From: an uncultured Candidatus Saccharibacteria bacterium
Lineage (GTDB): Bacteria > Patescibacteriota > Minisyncoccia > RBG-13-40-8-A
Assembly: GCA_965231075.1 (NCBI GenBank)
Contig: OZ246412.1
Coordinates: forward strand, 553,787-617,786
Reading direction: 5' to 3'
Length of the DNA stretch: 64,000 bases
A program made the position numbers and the translations under genes. Below the pieces are notes generated by a model, which worked only from the letters and a program-made list of their open reading frames with translations, was not told the origin of the DNA and did no database searches. The first letter of the stretch is position 1, and each line of letters starts with the position of its first letter. Shown here piece by piece: positions 8,709 through 16,975 of the stretch.

Positions 8709-10820
8709 ATGAATGTGAAAACATTTAAGACGGAGATTGAAGGAAAAGAACTCTCTGTCGAGTTGGGCAGATTAGCTCAACAAACCAATGGCTCAGCATT
8801 GGTGACCTATGGTCAAACAACCGTTTTAGCAACTGCGGTTCTGGGCAAAAACAAAAGTGAAAAAACTTACTTTCCTTTGACCGTCGATTACGAAGAAAGA
8901 TTTTATGCAATTGGCAAGATCAAGGGCAGTAAATTTATTAAAAGAGAAGGAAGGCCATCAGACGAGGCTATCTTAACTGGTCGAGTAGTTGATAGATCGA
9001 TTCGACCACTTTTTAATCAGAAATTAAGAAACGATTTACAGGTTGTTTTAACTGTCTTATCGTTTGATGGAGAAAATGACCCAGCGCTACCAGCACTTAT
9101 TGGTGCTTCGGTGGCTTTGTCTGTTTCCGATATACCATTTAATGGTCCAATCGCCGGAATTTCTGCCGGGCAAGACGATACCGGTAAATGGATTGTTACC
9201 TCAACATTGAGTGCAAAAGCCAAAACTGGTTCAGAAATTTTTGCCGCCGGAATTGAAAAAGATAAGGAAATTCTTTTAAACATGCTTGAGGGGCAAGGCA
9301 TACAGGTTCCCGAAGAACAGATGCTTGAAGGAATTGATCTTGTGAGAAAATATATTAAAAAGTTAATTGACTTTCAAAAAGATATTGTCAAAGAAATCAA
9401 GCCAGTTAAATTAGATTTAACTATCACAGAAATCGACGACGAGTTAAAAAATTTAATTGACAAATTTCTTGAGGACAAAATCGAAACAGCGATTTACCAC
9501 AAAGAAAAACAAACCCGAGTAAAACAATTAGAAGAAATTAATCAAGGTATTGAAGCATTGATTGAAGAAAAATATCCTGAAGAGACTAAAGGTAAGACGG
9601 CGTTAGTTATGGATTACCTTGAAGAAAAAATTGATGAAATCACTCATGTCAATATTCTTAAACACGATAAAAGACCGGATGGCCGAAAAATTGATGAATT
9701 AAGAAAATTAAGCGCCGAAGTGGGAATTTTGCCAAGACTACATGGATCAGGGATTTTCCAAAGAGGAGAAACTCAAGTGTTTTCTGCGGTTACCCTTGGT
9801 TCGCCTGGTTCAGAACAAATTTTTGACCAAATGGAAATTCAAGGCAAAAAGGGGTTTATGCATGACTATAATTTCCCCCCATTTTCTGTGGGTGAAGTTG
9901 GGCGCGTAGGAAATCCTGGCCGACGTGATATCGGTCATGGTGCATTAGCCGAAAAAGCATTGGCTGCAATCATTCCGTCAAGAGAAGAATTTCCTTATAC
10001 AATTAGGGTTGTGTCTGAAGTTTTGTCCTCAAACGGATCATCTTCTATGGCGTCAGTTTGTGGTTCGACGCTGGCACTAATGGATGCTGGAGTCCCTATT
10101 AAAGAAAAGGCAGCAGGAATTGCCATGGGATTGATGATGGATGGTGATAAATATAAGGTTTTGACCGATATTCAAGGACCAGAAGATCATTATGGCGACA
10201 TGGATCTAAAGGTTGCCGGAACCAAAAATGGAATTAACGCAATCCAAATGGACATTAAAATCGATGGAATTTCCATAGATATTCTAAAAGATGCATTTAA
10301 GCAAGCCAAAAAAGCACGTTTAGAAATTCTCGATGTAATCTCTAAAACAATTGATGCCCCTCGCGCAGAATTATCAACGTTTGCACCACGAGTCTATTCC
10401 ATAAAAATTAATCCTGCTAAAATTGGATTGGTCATCGGCTCGGGCGGAAAAACAATCAACGAAATCTCTACCGAAACCGGAGCAACTATTGAAATCGAGG
10501 AAGATGGAACGGTTTTTGTCACTTCTGAAAATGCTGATGGCGCCAAACAAGCGATCAGTAGAATTAAATCGATGACCCGAGAGGCAAAGTTGGGCGAAGA
10601 ATTTGAAGGGAAGGTAGTTAAAATAATGGAGTTCGGAGCATTTGTGGAATTGTTTTCGGGACAGGACGGATTGTTACATATTTCTGAACTATCATCTAAA
10701 AGAGTGGACAAAGTTGAAGACGTGATTAGACAAGGCGATATTGTTCATGTTAAAGTTAAGAAGATAGACGATAATGGCAAAATTAGTCTTGGTTTAATAA
10801 AAGTTATTTCAAAAAAATAA
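8709..10820 (+). CDS. pnp: Polynucleotide phosphorylase (PNPase)
   Basis: 703 aa; two RNase PH-like domains plus C-terminal KH (IGLVIGSGGKTINEI) and S1 (GKVVKIMEFGAFVEL) domains. Confidence 0.95.
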   Translation: MNVKTFKTEIEGKELSVELGRLAQQTNGSALVTYGQTTVLATAVLGKNKSEKTYFPLTVDYEERFYAIGKIKGSKFIKREGRPSDEAILTGRVVDRSIRPLFNQKLRNDLQVVLTVLSFDGENDPALPALIGASVALSVSDIPFNGPIAGISAGQDDTGKWIVTSTLSAKAKTGSEIFAAGIEKDKEILLNMLEGQGIQVPEEQMLEGIDLVRKYIKKLIDFQKDIVKEIKPVKLDLTITEIDDELKNLIDKFLEDKIETAIYHKEKQTRVKQLEEINQGIEALIEEKYPEETKGKTALVMDYLEEKIDEITHVNILKHDKRPDGRKIDELRKLSAEVGILPRLHGSGIFQRGETQVFSAVTLGSPGSEQIFDQMEIQGKKGFMHDYNFPPFSVGEVGRVGNPGRRDIGHGALAEKALAAIIPSREEFPYTIRVVSEVLSSNGSSSMASVCGSTLALMDAGVPIKEKAAGIAMGLMMDGDKYKVLTDIQGPEDHYGDMDLKVAGTKNGINAIQMDIKIDGISIDILKDAFKQAKKARLEILDVISKTIDAPRAELSTFAPRVYSIKINPAKIGLVIGSGGKTINEISTETGATIEIEEDGTVFVTSENADGAKQAISRIKSMTREAKLGEEFEGKVVKIMEFGAFVELFSGQDGLLHISELSSKRVDKVEDVIRQGDIVHVKVKKIDDNGKISLGLIKVISKK

Positions 10821-10824
10821 CAAT

Positions 10825-12072
10825 ATGTCACAACAAAATAACGATCAAATCAACGCCCTACCCGAATACGAGGTCAGGACAATGAAAGACGATCTTAATA
10901 AAGTAGAGGGAAGGGCAATTCAACCGAAATTGGTGAATTTAAAAGTACCTGAAATACAAGTTCCCAAGCCATCAATAAAAATTGATGAACCACCAAAGGA
11001 ATTGCCGATTGTGGATAAAATCGAAAAACCCACAGAGCCCACAATTAAGACGTTTCCCAAACAATCGTTATCAGAAGAAATTGACAACATTCTTAACGCC
11101 CCTGGATTTGAACCAAAGCCTGAGCCCAAATCAGAGATTAAGCCAAGCGTCGAATCAAAAACAAACACACCGGAAATCGTAACACCAAAAATAACAATCA
11201 ATGAGACCAAAAAATCCTCTTTACCGGATATTGAGGATTTTATTGTCCCCGCGCCACCCGTTCCACCGCCCGCGCCCACACCTAAACCTAAACCATTAAT
11301 GCCTGTCCCTCCGATCACTGAACCGATTTCAATTGAAACCACGAAGTTTATAAAATCTGAAAATAACGAAATAGAAAGAACGATTAAAACCCACAAAACA
11401 AAAAAAATATTAACAATTCTGGGAATTATAATTATTGTGGGATTGATTGCTGGACTTGGATATTGGTTAATTACAAAACCTAGACCAACAGAACCAGAAC
11501 CACCAGTTATTGAACAACCAGAAACTCCTGCATCGTTAATTAGAGTTGATGAGACTAAGGTCTTTAAAATGGAAAATAATTCTTCCCTAGTCGATATCTT
11601 AATCAATGAAGAAAATTCTGGACAACCAGAAAAGACTCTTAAGAGAATTGTGCCAACAAAAATCAATGGAAAGGCTTTGTCTCTAAATGAATTGATCCAA
11701 GAATTACAAATCTATATTCCTCCATATACACTGGGAGAATTAAATAAAAATTACACATTAGTTGCATATAAACAAGGCAACCAACAGAGGTTAGGATTGA
11801 TTATTGAGATAAAGAACTTGCCAGGATTCATCGAAAAATCCAGATCGTGGGAGAATACAATGACTTGGAACTTCCAAGGAATATTTTTAAATCATCAGCC
11901 CAACAACCTGACCGTGAAAGGATTTTCCGACTACAAATACAACGAAATAAATGTTCGCTTCGTTAATCTCGCTGTCCCCGAACTGTCTATCGATTACGCG
12001 ATTCTGAATAATTTATTTGTGGTATCTACTAGTCGAGAATCGATGCGCAATATCATCGATAGATTAAAATAG
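10825..12072 (+). CDS. Hypothetical Pro-rich protein with a single central TM helix
   Basis: 415-aa ORF tightly following pnp; PxP-rich N-terminal half; TM segment ILTILGIIIIVGLIAGLGYWLI. Confidence 0.5.
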   Translation: MSQQNNDQINALPEYEVRTMKDDLNKVEGRAIQPKLVNLKVPEIQVPKPSIKIDEPPKELPIVDKIEKPTEPTIKTFPKQSLSEEIDNILNAPGFEPKPEPKSEIKPSVESKTNTPEIVTPKITINETKKSSLPDIEDFIVPAPPVPPPAPTPKPKPLMPVPPITEPISIETTKFIKSENNEIERTIKTHKTKKILTILGIIIIVGLIAGLGYWLITKPRPTEPEPPVIEQPETPASLIRVDETKVFKMENNSSLVDILINEENSGQPEKTLKRIVPTKINGKALSLNELIQELQIYIPPYTLGELNKNYTLVAYKQGNQQRLGLIIEIKNLPGFIEKSRSWENTMTWNFQGIFLNHQPNNLTVKGFSDYKYNEINVRFVNLAVPELSIDYAILNNLFVVSTSRESMRNIIDRLK

Positions 12073-12237
12073 GAACTTGTCCTATAACTGCGGGGTGGGG
12101 ATAACTTGTTTAGAACATTATTTTAGAAAAACAAAATTCGTCGATGTCAAGAGCAAAAACACTCTATTTTGGCTCTAAAAATACAATATTGTCTCGAAAC
12201 CTTGATATTGACGAAATCAACAAAACTTATCCACAAT

Positions 12238-13773
12238 ATGAATAAAGTTTATTCAGCGGCAATCACAGGGCTTGAAGCTGAACCCATAGAAGTGGAGGCA
12301 GATTTATCGTCTGGGCTCCGCTTTTTTAGTATTGTCGGCCTTCCCGATAAGTCGGTTGAAGAGTCCAAAGAAAGAATCGCTGCTGCGATTAAAAATAGTG
12401 GCGCCGAACCACCCCACAAACAAAATAAGCGCGTGATTATCAATCTCGCACCCGCCGATTTACGCAAAGAAGGTTCGGGATATGATTTACCAATCGCTTT
12501 AAGTTTTTTGTTGTCCTCTGAACAAATTAAATTTGATCCTAACGATAAAATTTTTATTGGCGAACTGGCTTTAAATGGCGAGGTGCGTAGAGTTAATGGA
12601 GTTTTGCCGATGTGTTTAATGGCCAAAGAAAAAGAAATTAAAAATGTTTTTATTCCTAAATCAAATAGTAATGAAGCGCGATTGGTCGATGGTTTAAATA
12701 TTTATCCTGTGGATTCGTTGGCAGAGTTAATTGGATTTTTAGAAAATCGAATTGAGATTATTCCGCTCGAACCATTAAATGAGGATTTTTTGGAGGGATT
12801 TGAAACTGCGTTTCAGGCAACGGTTGATATGGCCTATATTAAGGGCCAAGAAAATGCTAAACGCGCATTAGAAATTGCCGCCAGTGGAAATCATAATGTT
12901 CTGATGACTGGCCCACCAGGTTCAGGAAAAACTTTACTCGCCAAGGCGATTCCCACGATTTTGCCAAAAATGTCTTGGTCGGAAATGTTAGAAGTAACTA
13001 AAATTTATAGTGTATCGGGAAAGCTTTCACATAAAAAACCCTTAATTCATCAGAGGCCATTTCGCTCCCCTCATCATAGTGCCTCCGAAGCGAGTTTGAT
13101 TGGGGGCGGGGGATTTGCTAGGCCGGGAGAGATAACTTTGGCGCATAGGGGAGTTTTGTTTATCGACGAATTCCCGGAAGTGCATCGCGATGTTCTGGAA
13201 AGCTTAAGACAACCACTTGAGGATGGAGTTGTGCATGTTTCACGAGCGAAAGCGAGTTATAGTTTCCCGTCTCGATTTATTTTAATTGCGGCAATGAACC
13301 CTTGCCCTTGCGGATATTACGGCGATCCCGAAAAACAGTGCACTTGCAATCAGCAACAAATTAGCAAATATCAACGCAGAGTTTCTGGACCAATTATGGA
13401 TAGAATTGATTTATATGTCGAAGTGCCACATGTTAAATACGAAAAACTGACCGACGAATCAGTTGAAGGTTCAAGCGAAGAAATTCGACAAAAAGTGGAG
13501 AAAGCGAGAAAAATTCAATTAGAAAGATTTAAAGACGACCACATTGTTACTAATTCAGAAATGAATATTCCGTTAGTTAAAAAGCATTGTCAGACCGACG
13601 CACGAGGTGAAATGTTGTTAAAAAACGCCGTAAATAATCTACATATGTCTGCGCGTGGTTACCATCGTATTTTAAAACTTGCTCGCACCATTGCTGACCT
13701 CGCCGACTCGCCCAACATCACTCATATCCACATTGCCGAAGCACTACAATATCGACCGAAGATGGAAATATAG
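12238..13773 (+). CDS. comM: YifB/ComM-family Mg-chelatase-like AAA+ ATPase
   Basis: Walker A GPPGSGKT, Walker B LFIDEF, CPCGYYGDPEKQCTC zinc-finger-like motif; typical YifB N-terminus (MNKVYSAAITG). The ORF track starts at a TTG at 12169; the ATG at 12238 is more likely. Confidence 0.85.
   Translation: MNKVYSAAITGLEAEPIEVEADLSSGLRFFSIVGLPDKSVEESKERIAAAIKNSGAEPPHKQNKRVIINLAPADLRKEGSGYDLPIALSFLLSSEQIKFDPNDKIFIGELALNGEVRRVNGVLPMCLMAKEKEIKNVFIPKSNSNEARLVDGLNIYPVDSLAELIGFLENRIEIIPLEPLNEDFLEGFETAFQATVDMAYIKGQENAKRALEIAASGNHNVLMTGPPGSGKTLLAKAIPTILPKMSWSEMLEVTKIYSVSGKLSHKKPLIHQRPFRSPHHSASEASLIGGGGFARPGEITLAHRGVLFIDEFPEVHRDVLESLRQPLEDGVVHVSRAKASYSFPSRFILIAAMNPCPCGYYGDPEKQCTCNQQQISKYQRRVSGPIMDRIDLYVEVPHVKYEKLTDESVEGSSEEIRQKVEKARKIQLERFKDDHIVTNSEMNIPLVKKHCQTDARGEMLLKNAVNNLHMSARGYHRILKLARTIADLADSPNITHIHIAEALQYRPKMEI
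13520..13773 (+). repeat. Direct repeat copy 1: native 3' end of comM (second copy at 15155..15408, ~95% identical)
   Basis: By-eye alignment of 13526-13773 with 15161-15408 shows ~12 substitutions; encoded peptides are identical except H to Y. Confidence 0.8.
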
Positions 13774-13810
13774 TTATCCACAATATTAACTATTGACAAA
13801 CATATCATAT

Positions 13811-14188
13811 ATGATATATACTGGTTCTAGTGAATATAAAGTAAAATTTTATACAGATCCAAAAACCGGAAAGAGTTTTGTGTTCGAATATATTGATGAT
13901 TTGGACGAAAAACAAAAAGCCAAAGTATTAAAATTTATTGAATTTTTAAGAGAACACGATGGCGTATTGGACGAACCGTTTTCAAAACACATTAAGGGCA
14001 AAATTCGCGAATTAAGAGTTGATTTCGGTAAAAACAAACATAGAATATTTTATTTTACGTTTATCAATAAGAACATTGTACTGCTTCACGCGTTTTTGAA
14101 GCACACACAGAAGACTCCCCTTAGTGAAATACGGACTGCCGAAAATAACTATTATATTGTAGTTAATAATCCAAAAATTTATGAATAA
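13811..14188 (+). CDS. HigB/RelE-superfamily toxin-like protein (phage Gp49-like, DUF891 type)
   Basis: C-terminal KIRELRVDFGKNKHRIFYFTF...IVLLHAFLKHTQKTPLSEIRTAE matches the Gp49/HigB-like family; followed by an overlapping HTH gene. The ORF track starts at a TTG at 13793; the ATG at 13811 is preferred. Confidence 0.55.
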   Translation: MIYTGSSEYKVKFYTDPKTGKSFVFEYIDDLDEKQKAKVLKFIEFLREHDGVLDEPFSKHIKGKIRELRVDFGKNKHRIFYFTFINKNIVLLHAFLKHTQKTPLSEIRTAENNYYIVVNNPKIYE

Positions 14189-14471
14189 AAAAATAAAGGC
14201 AAGAGATTTCCAAAAATATCTTGCACAACAATTAAAAAATCCTCGGTTTAAGAAACATTACGACGACTATGGTAAACAATTGGAAATTGCTTACCAGATT
14301 TTACAATTACGAAAACAGAAAAACATCTCTCAGTTACAGCTGGCCAAAAAACTCAAAACCAAACAAAGCAACATCGCTCGAATCGAAGCTGGCAAACAAA
14401 ACTTAAGCATCCAAACCATCGACAGTATTGCCCGCGCATTAAATAGTGATTTTACTCTTAATTTTTCTTAA
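14181..14471 (+). CDS. HTH XRE-family DNA-binding protein (putative HigA-like antitoxin)
   Basis: ISQLQLAKKLKTKQSNIARIEAGKQNLSIQTIDSIARAL is a helix-turn-helix cro/C1 pattern; overlaps the upstream toxin-like gene by 8 nt. Confidence 0.65.
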   Translation: MNKKIKARDFQKYLAQQLKNPRFKKHYDDYGKQLEIAYQILQLRKQKNISQLQLAKKLKTKQSNIARIEAGKQNLSIQTIDSIARALNSDFTLNFS

Positions 14472-14627
14472 GAATTAAATATAAATTTATGATAGGCAAT
14501 ATTATTCTAGGTGCTTTAATTTTATCTCTTGCTTGGTATTTTGGAAAATGTATAAGCAATCTTTTCGACAGAATAGACAAACTTGAACACGAATTAATAT
14601 CTCGGATAGAAAAAAGCAAATAAATTT

Positions 14628-15152
14628 ATGGGGCAATCAATTAGAAAAAACCGTCCCAAAGAAGGAGGACGGGTTTTTAGAAGGGGCGTTTCCGTGCTTA
14701 TTGTAAACAATAAAAATGAATTTTTGCTTATAAATCTACAATCTTTTGCGGAGCATTTTTTCGCTGTTCCTGGTGGCGGGATAGAAAAAAACGAATCTTT
14801 AATTGATGCTGCGTATCGAGAAATACAAGAAGAGCTCGGAATACGCAAATCATTTCTTGAGTTCGTCGGAGAGTGTAAAAAACCAAATAAGTTTACGTTT
14901 AAAGTGAAGAAACTTAATCGTGATGGCGTTATATATGACGGACAAGAAAGATATTTTTTTGGTTTTAAATTCACAGGAGGTGATAGTGAAATTAAATTAC
15001 GATCAGAAGAGGTGCGCAGATATAAATGGGTTACATACGAAAATCTAAAAAATTATCTTTTGTTTGATAATCAGTTACAGGCAACATTAGAGAAATTGTT
15101 AGAGTTATTTCCCGATGCCCGTAGCGAAAAAAGAAAATGGCGTCAAAAATGA
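14628..15152 (+). CDS. NUDIX hydrolase
   Basis: Nudix box GGGIEKNESLIDAAYREIQEELGI (GX5EX7REUXEEXGU). Confidence 0.7.
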   Translation: MGQSIRKNRPKEGGRVFRRGVSVLIVNNKNEFLLINLQSFAEHFFAVPGGGIEKNESLIDAAYREIQEELGIRKSFLEFVGECKKPNKFTFKVKKLNRDGVIYDGQERYFFGFKFTGGDSEIKLRSEEVRRYKWVTYENLKNYLLFDNQLQATLEKLLELFPDARSEKRKWRQK

Positions 15153-15154
15153 GG

Positions 15155-15408
15155 TTAAAAGATTTAAAGATGACCACATTGTCACAAATTCAGAAATGAA
15201 TATTCCATTAGTCAAAAAGCACTGTCAGACCGACGCACGAGGTGAAATGTTGTTAAAAAACGCCGTAAATAATCTACATATGTCTGCGCGTGGTTACCAT
15301 CGTATTTTAAAACTTGCTCGCACCATTGCTGACCTCGCCGACTCACCCAACATCACTTATATCCACATTGCCGAAGCACTACAATATCGACCAAAAATGG
15401 AAATATAA
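15155..15408 (+). pseudogene. Duplicated 3' fragment of comM (C-terminal ~83 codons), remnant of an insertion or duplication event
   Basis: ORF 15115..15408 encodes ...FKDDHIVTNSEMNIPLVKKHCQTDARGEMLLKNAVNNLHMSARGYHRILKLARTIADLADSPNITYIHIAEALQYRPKMEI, near-identical to the comM C-terminus; it has no ATPase domain and no credible independent start. Confidence 0.75.
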
Positions 15409-15684
15409 AGGACCACTTATCGAGTGGTCCTTTTGAGCTTGACGCAGGGAAAGTAAAAAGCATGACCGCTTAACATTCGTTCCCCCGTTTTTTTTGTCTG
15501 TGCAGATGTCTTCCAATAGACGCAAGGTGCAGGCAATAAATCCCTTCCCATCGAACGAACTTTTACCGTGGCTAACGAATTCAACTTTCTTGCCTGTAAA
15601 ATTTTCTCTCGCCTCGGAATGAAACCCTCCCTGTCCCAGTTCGACAATTTCACATTCATCTCCGGGATTAAATTTTCTTTGCAT
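15379..15684 (-). CDS. Hypothetical protein (101 aa)
   Basis: Strong SD (ttaaggaggaacac) directly upstream of the ATG at 15684; the C-terminal part overlaps the comM-repeat and hairpin, so the true stop may lie earlier; relatively GC-rich. Confidence 0.45.
   Translation of the reverse strand: MQRKFNPGDECEIVELGQGGFHSEARENFTGKKVEFVSHGKSSFDGKGFIACTLRLLEDICTDKKNGGTNVKRSCFLLSLRQAQKDHSISGPLYFHFWSIL
15409..15434 (+). terminator. Rho-independent terminator-like hairpin immediately after the comM-fragment copy
   Basis: aggaccact-tatcg-agtggtcct followed by tttt. Confidence 0.5.
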
Positions 15685-15718
15685 GTGTTCCTCCTTAATT
15701 AAAATATAACATGGAATT

Positions 15719-15750
15719 AAAAAATCCCCCGCAACACGGGGGATTTTTTA
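15719..15750 (-). terminator. Hairpin with flanking A/T runs (terminator of the LysM/CHAP gene; bidirectional-capable)
   Basis: aaaaaatccccc-gcaacac-gggggatttttt. Confidence 0.6.
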
Positions 15751-16749
15751 GTAAATGTATCCTCTAATTCGCCAATCATCTTGATTTAAGATTCTCACAC
15801 GCTTAATACCGCGCCCCAAACTCATTTCAGAAATTGTAATTGTGTCTTCTCCTACTGCCTCAACATAAGCAACGTGTCCATAAACGCTTTCTTTAGTTGA
15901 AACGATCGCCCCAACTCTTGGTTCGGTTCCGGTTTCAAATCCATATTGTGGGGCTTTTCCTAACCAGGTCTTAGCATCTCCATTCCAAGGAATGTATCGT
16001 TTCTGGGCAACGTACCAGGTACATTGACCCCAGGGAAATCCATGACTCGTATCTCCATATGGTCCAAGCTCTTCGGGAGTATAAGAAGCATATGATCTTG
16101 CTTTTGCAGGGATAAATTGAATTGGTTTTTGGCCGTCGGGAATAATAATTTCTTGTCCAATAGCCAAGACGCCATTGGCTGGCAAACCATTTAAATCGAT
16201 AGTTTTCTCTGTGTTTCCTTTATACGTTTTAACAATACTATCTAATGTATCGCCCTTCTTAACCGTATGCTTTACTCCTGATACTGGCAAAATTGATAAT
16301 TTTTGACCAACTTTAATCTTACTGGTTGGAGTTAAATCGTTGGCCCAAAGTAAGGTGTTGGTTGTAATTCCAAACATCGAAGCAATTTCTGAAGGAATGT
16401 CCCCTTGCTGAACTTCGTAGACAATGACACTGCCTCTGCCCGACGAAGAAAACGGCGAAACCGCTGCCGGAGAATTATGGGCAACAAAAGAATTGTCTTG
16501 TATTAAGACACTAGAATCTTTAAATGACTCATCGACAAAATATGACTCTTCGACTATTTCCTCGTAAGGATTTAAATAGTCCGAAGCATACACACAAGAA
16601 CCGCTTATGGCTGAATTTATGTCTTCTTGGTCTGTATCAAAATTACCATTAAAACTTCCGGCGATCGTTGTGGTTACGAATAAAACCATTAAGACAATAA
16701 AAATAACTGCTGCTACCCTAAAATATGGGGTTTTGAGCAGTTTTCCCAT
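15748..16749 (-). CDS. Secreted peptidoglycan hydrolase with LysM repeats and a C-terminal CHAP domain
   Basis: N-terminal TM/signal; two LysM-like segments (VQQGDIPSEIASMFGITTNTLLWANDL; HTVKKGDTLDSIVKTY); CHAP-like C-terminus (GQCTWYVAQKR...GHVAYVEAV). Confidence 0.8.
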   Translation of the reverse strand: MGKLLKTPYFRVAAVIFIVLMVLFVTTTIAGSFNGNFDTDQEDINSAISGSCVYASDYLNPYEEIVEESYFVDESFKDSSVLIQDNSFVAHNSPAAVSPFSSSGRGSVIVYEVQQGDIPSEIASMFGITTNTLLWANDLTPTSKIKVGQKLSILPVSGVKHTVKKGDTLDSIVKTYKGNTEKTIDLNGLPANGVLAIGQEIIIPDGQKPIQFIPAKARSYASYTPEELGPYGDTSHGFPWGQCTWYVAQKRYIPWNGDAKTWLGKAPQYGFETGTEPRVGAIVSTKESVYGHVAYVEAVGEDTITISEMSLGRGIKRVRILNQDDWRIRGYIY

Positions 16750-16975
16750 AAAACTACTAGTTGTTTGAATCTTATAAATAGGTTTGAGGTTAAACTGATT
16801 ACCTAAAATAAAAAATACCTAACTGAGTTTTGGTATTTCTAATACTATCATAAAAATAGATCCCTGTCAAGCAAAATTCGGTAAAATTTATGCCCGTGTT
16901 ATACTTAATTTATGGACGATATTTTGATTAATTTGCCAGCCCGAGGCTGGTCCGCCTTGGGCGGAAATCCATCAT

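Noticed and set aside
10920-11666. 248-aa minus-strand Gly/Ser-rich ORF
   Set aside because: Antisense to the Pro-rich protein gene 10825..12072; low-complexity mirror artefact (PxP codons read as G/S on the opposite strand).
15115-15408. 97-aa ORF called in the six-frame track
   Set aside because: Not an independent gene: its last ~83 codons duplicate the comM C-terminus; annotated instead as a repeat/pseudogene fragment.
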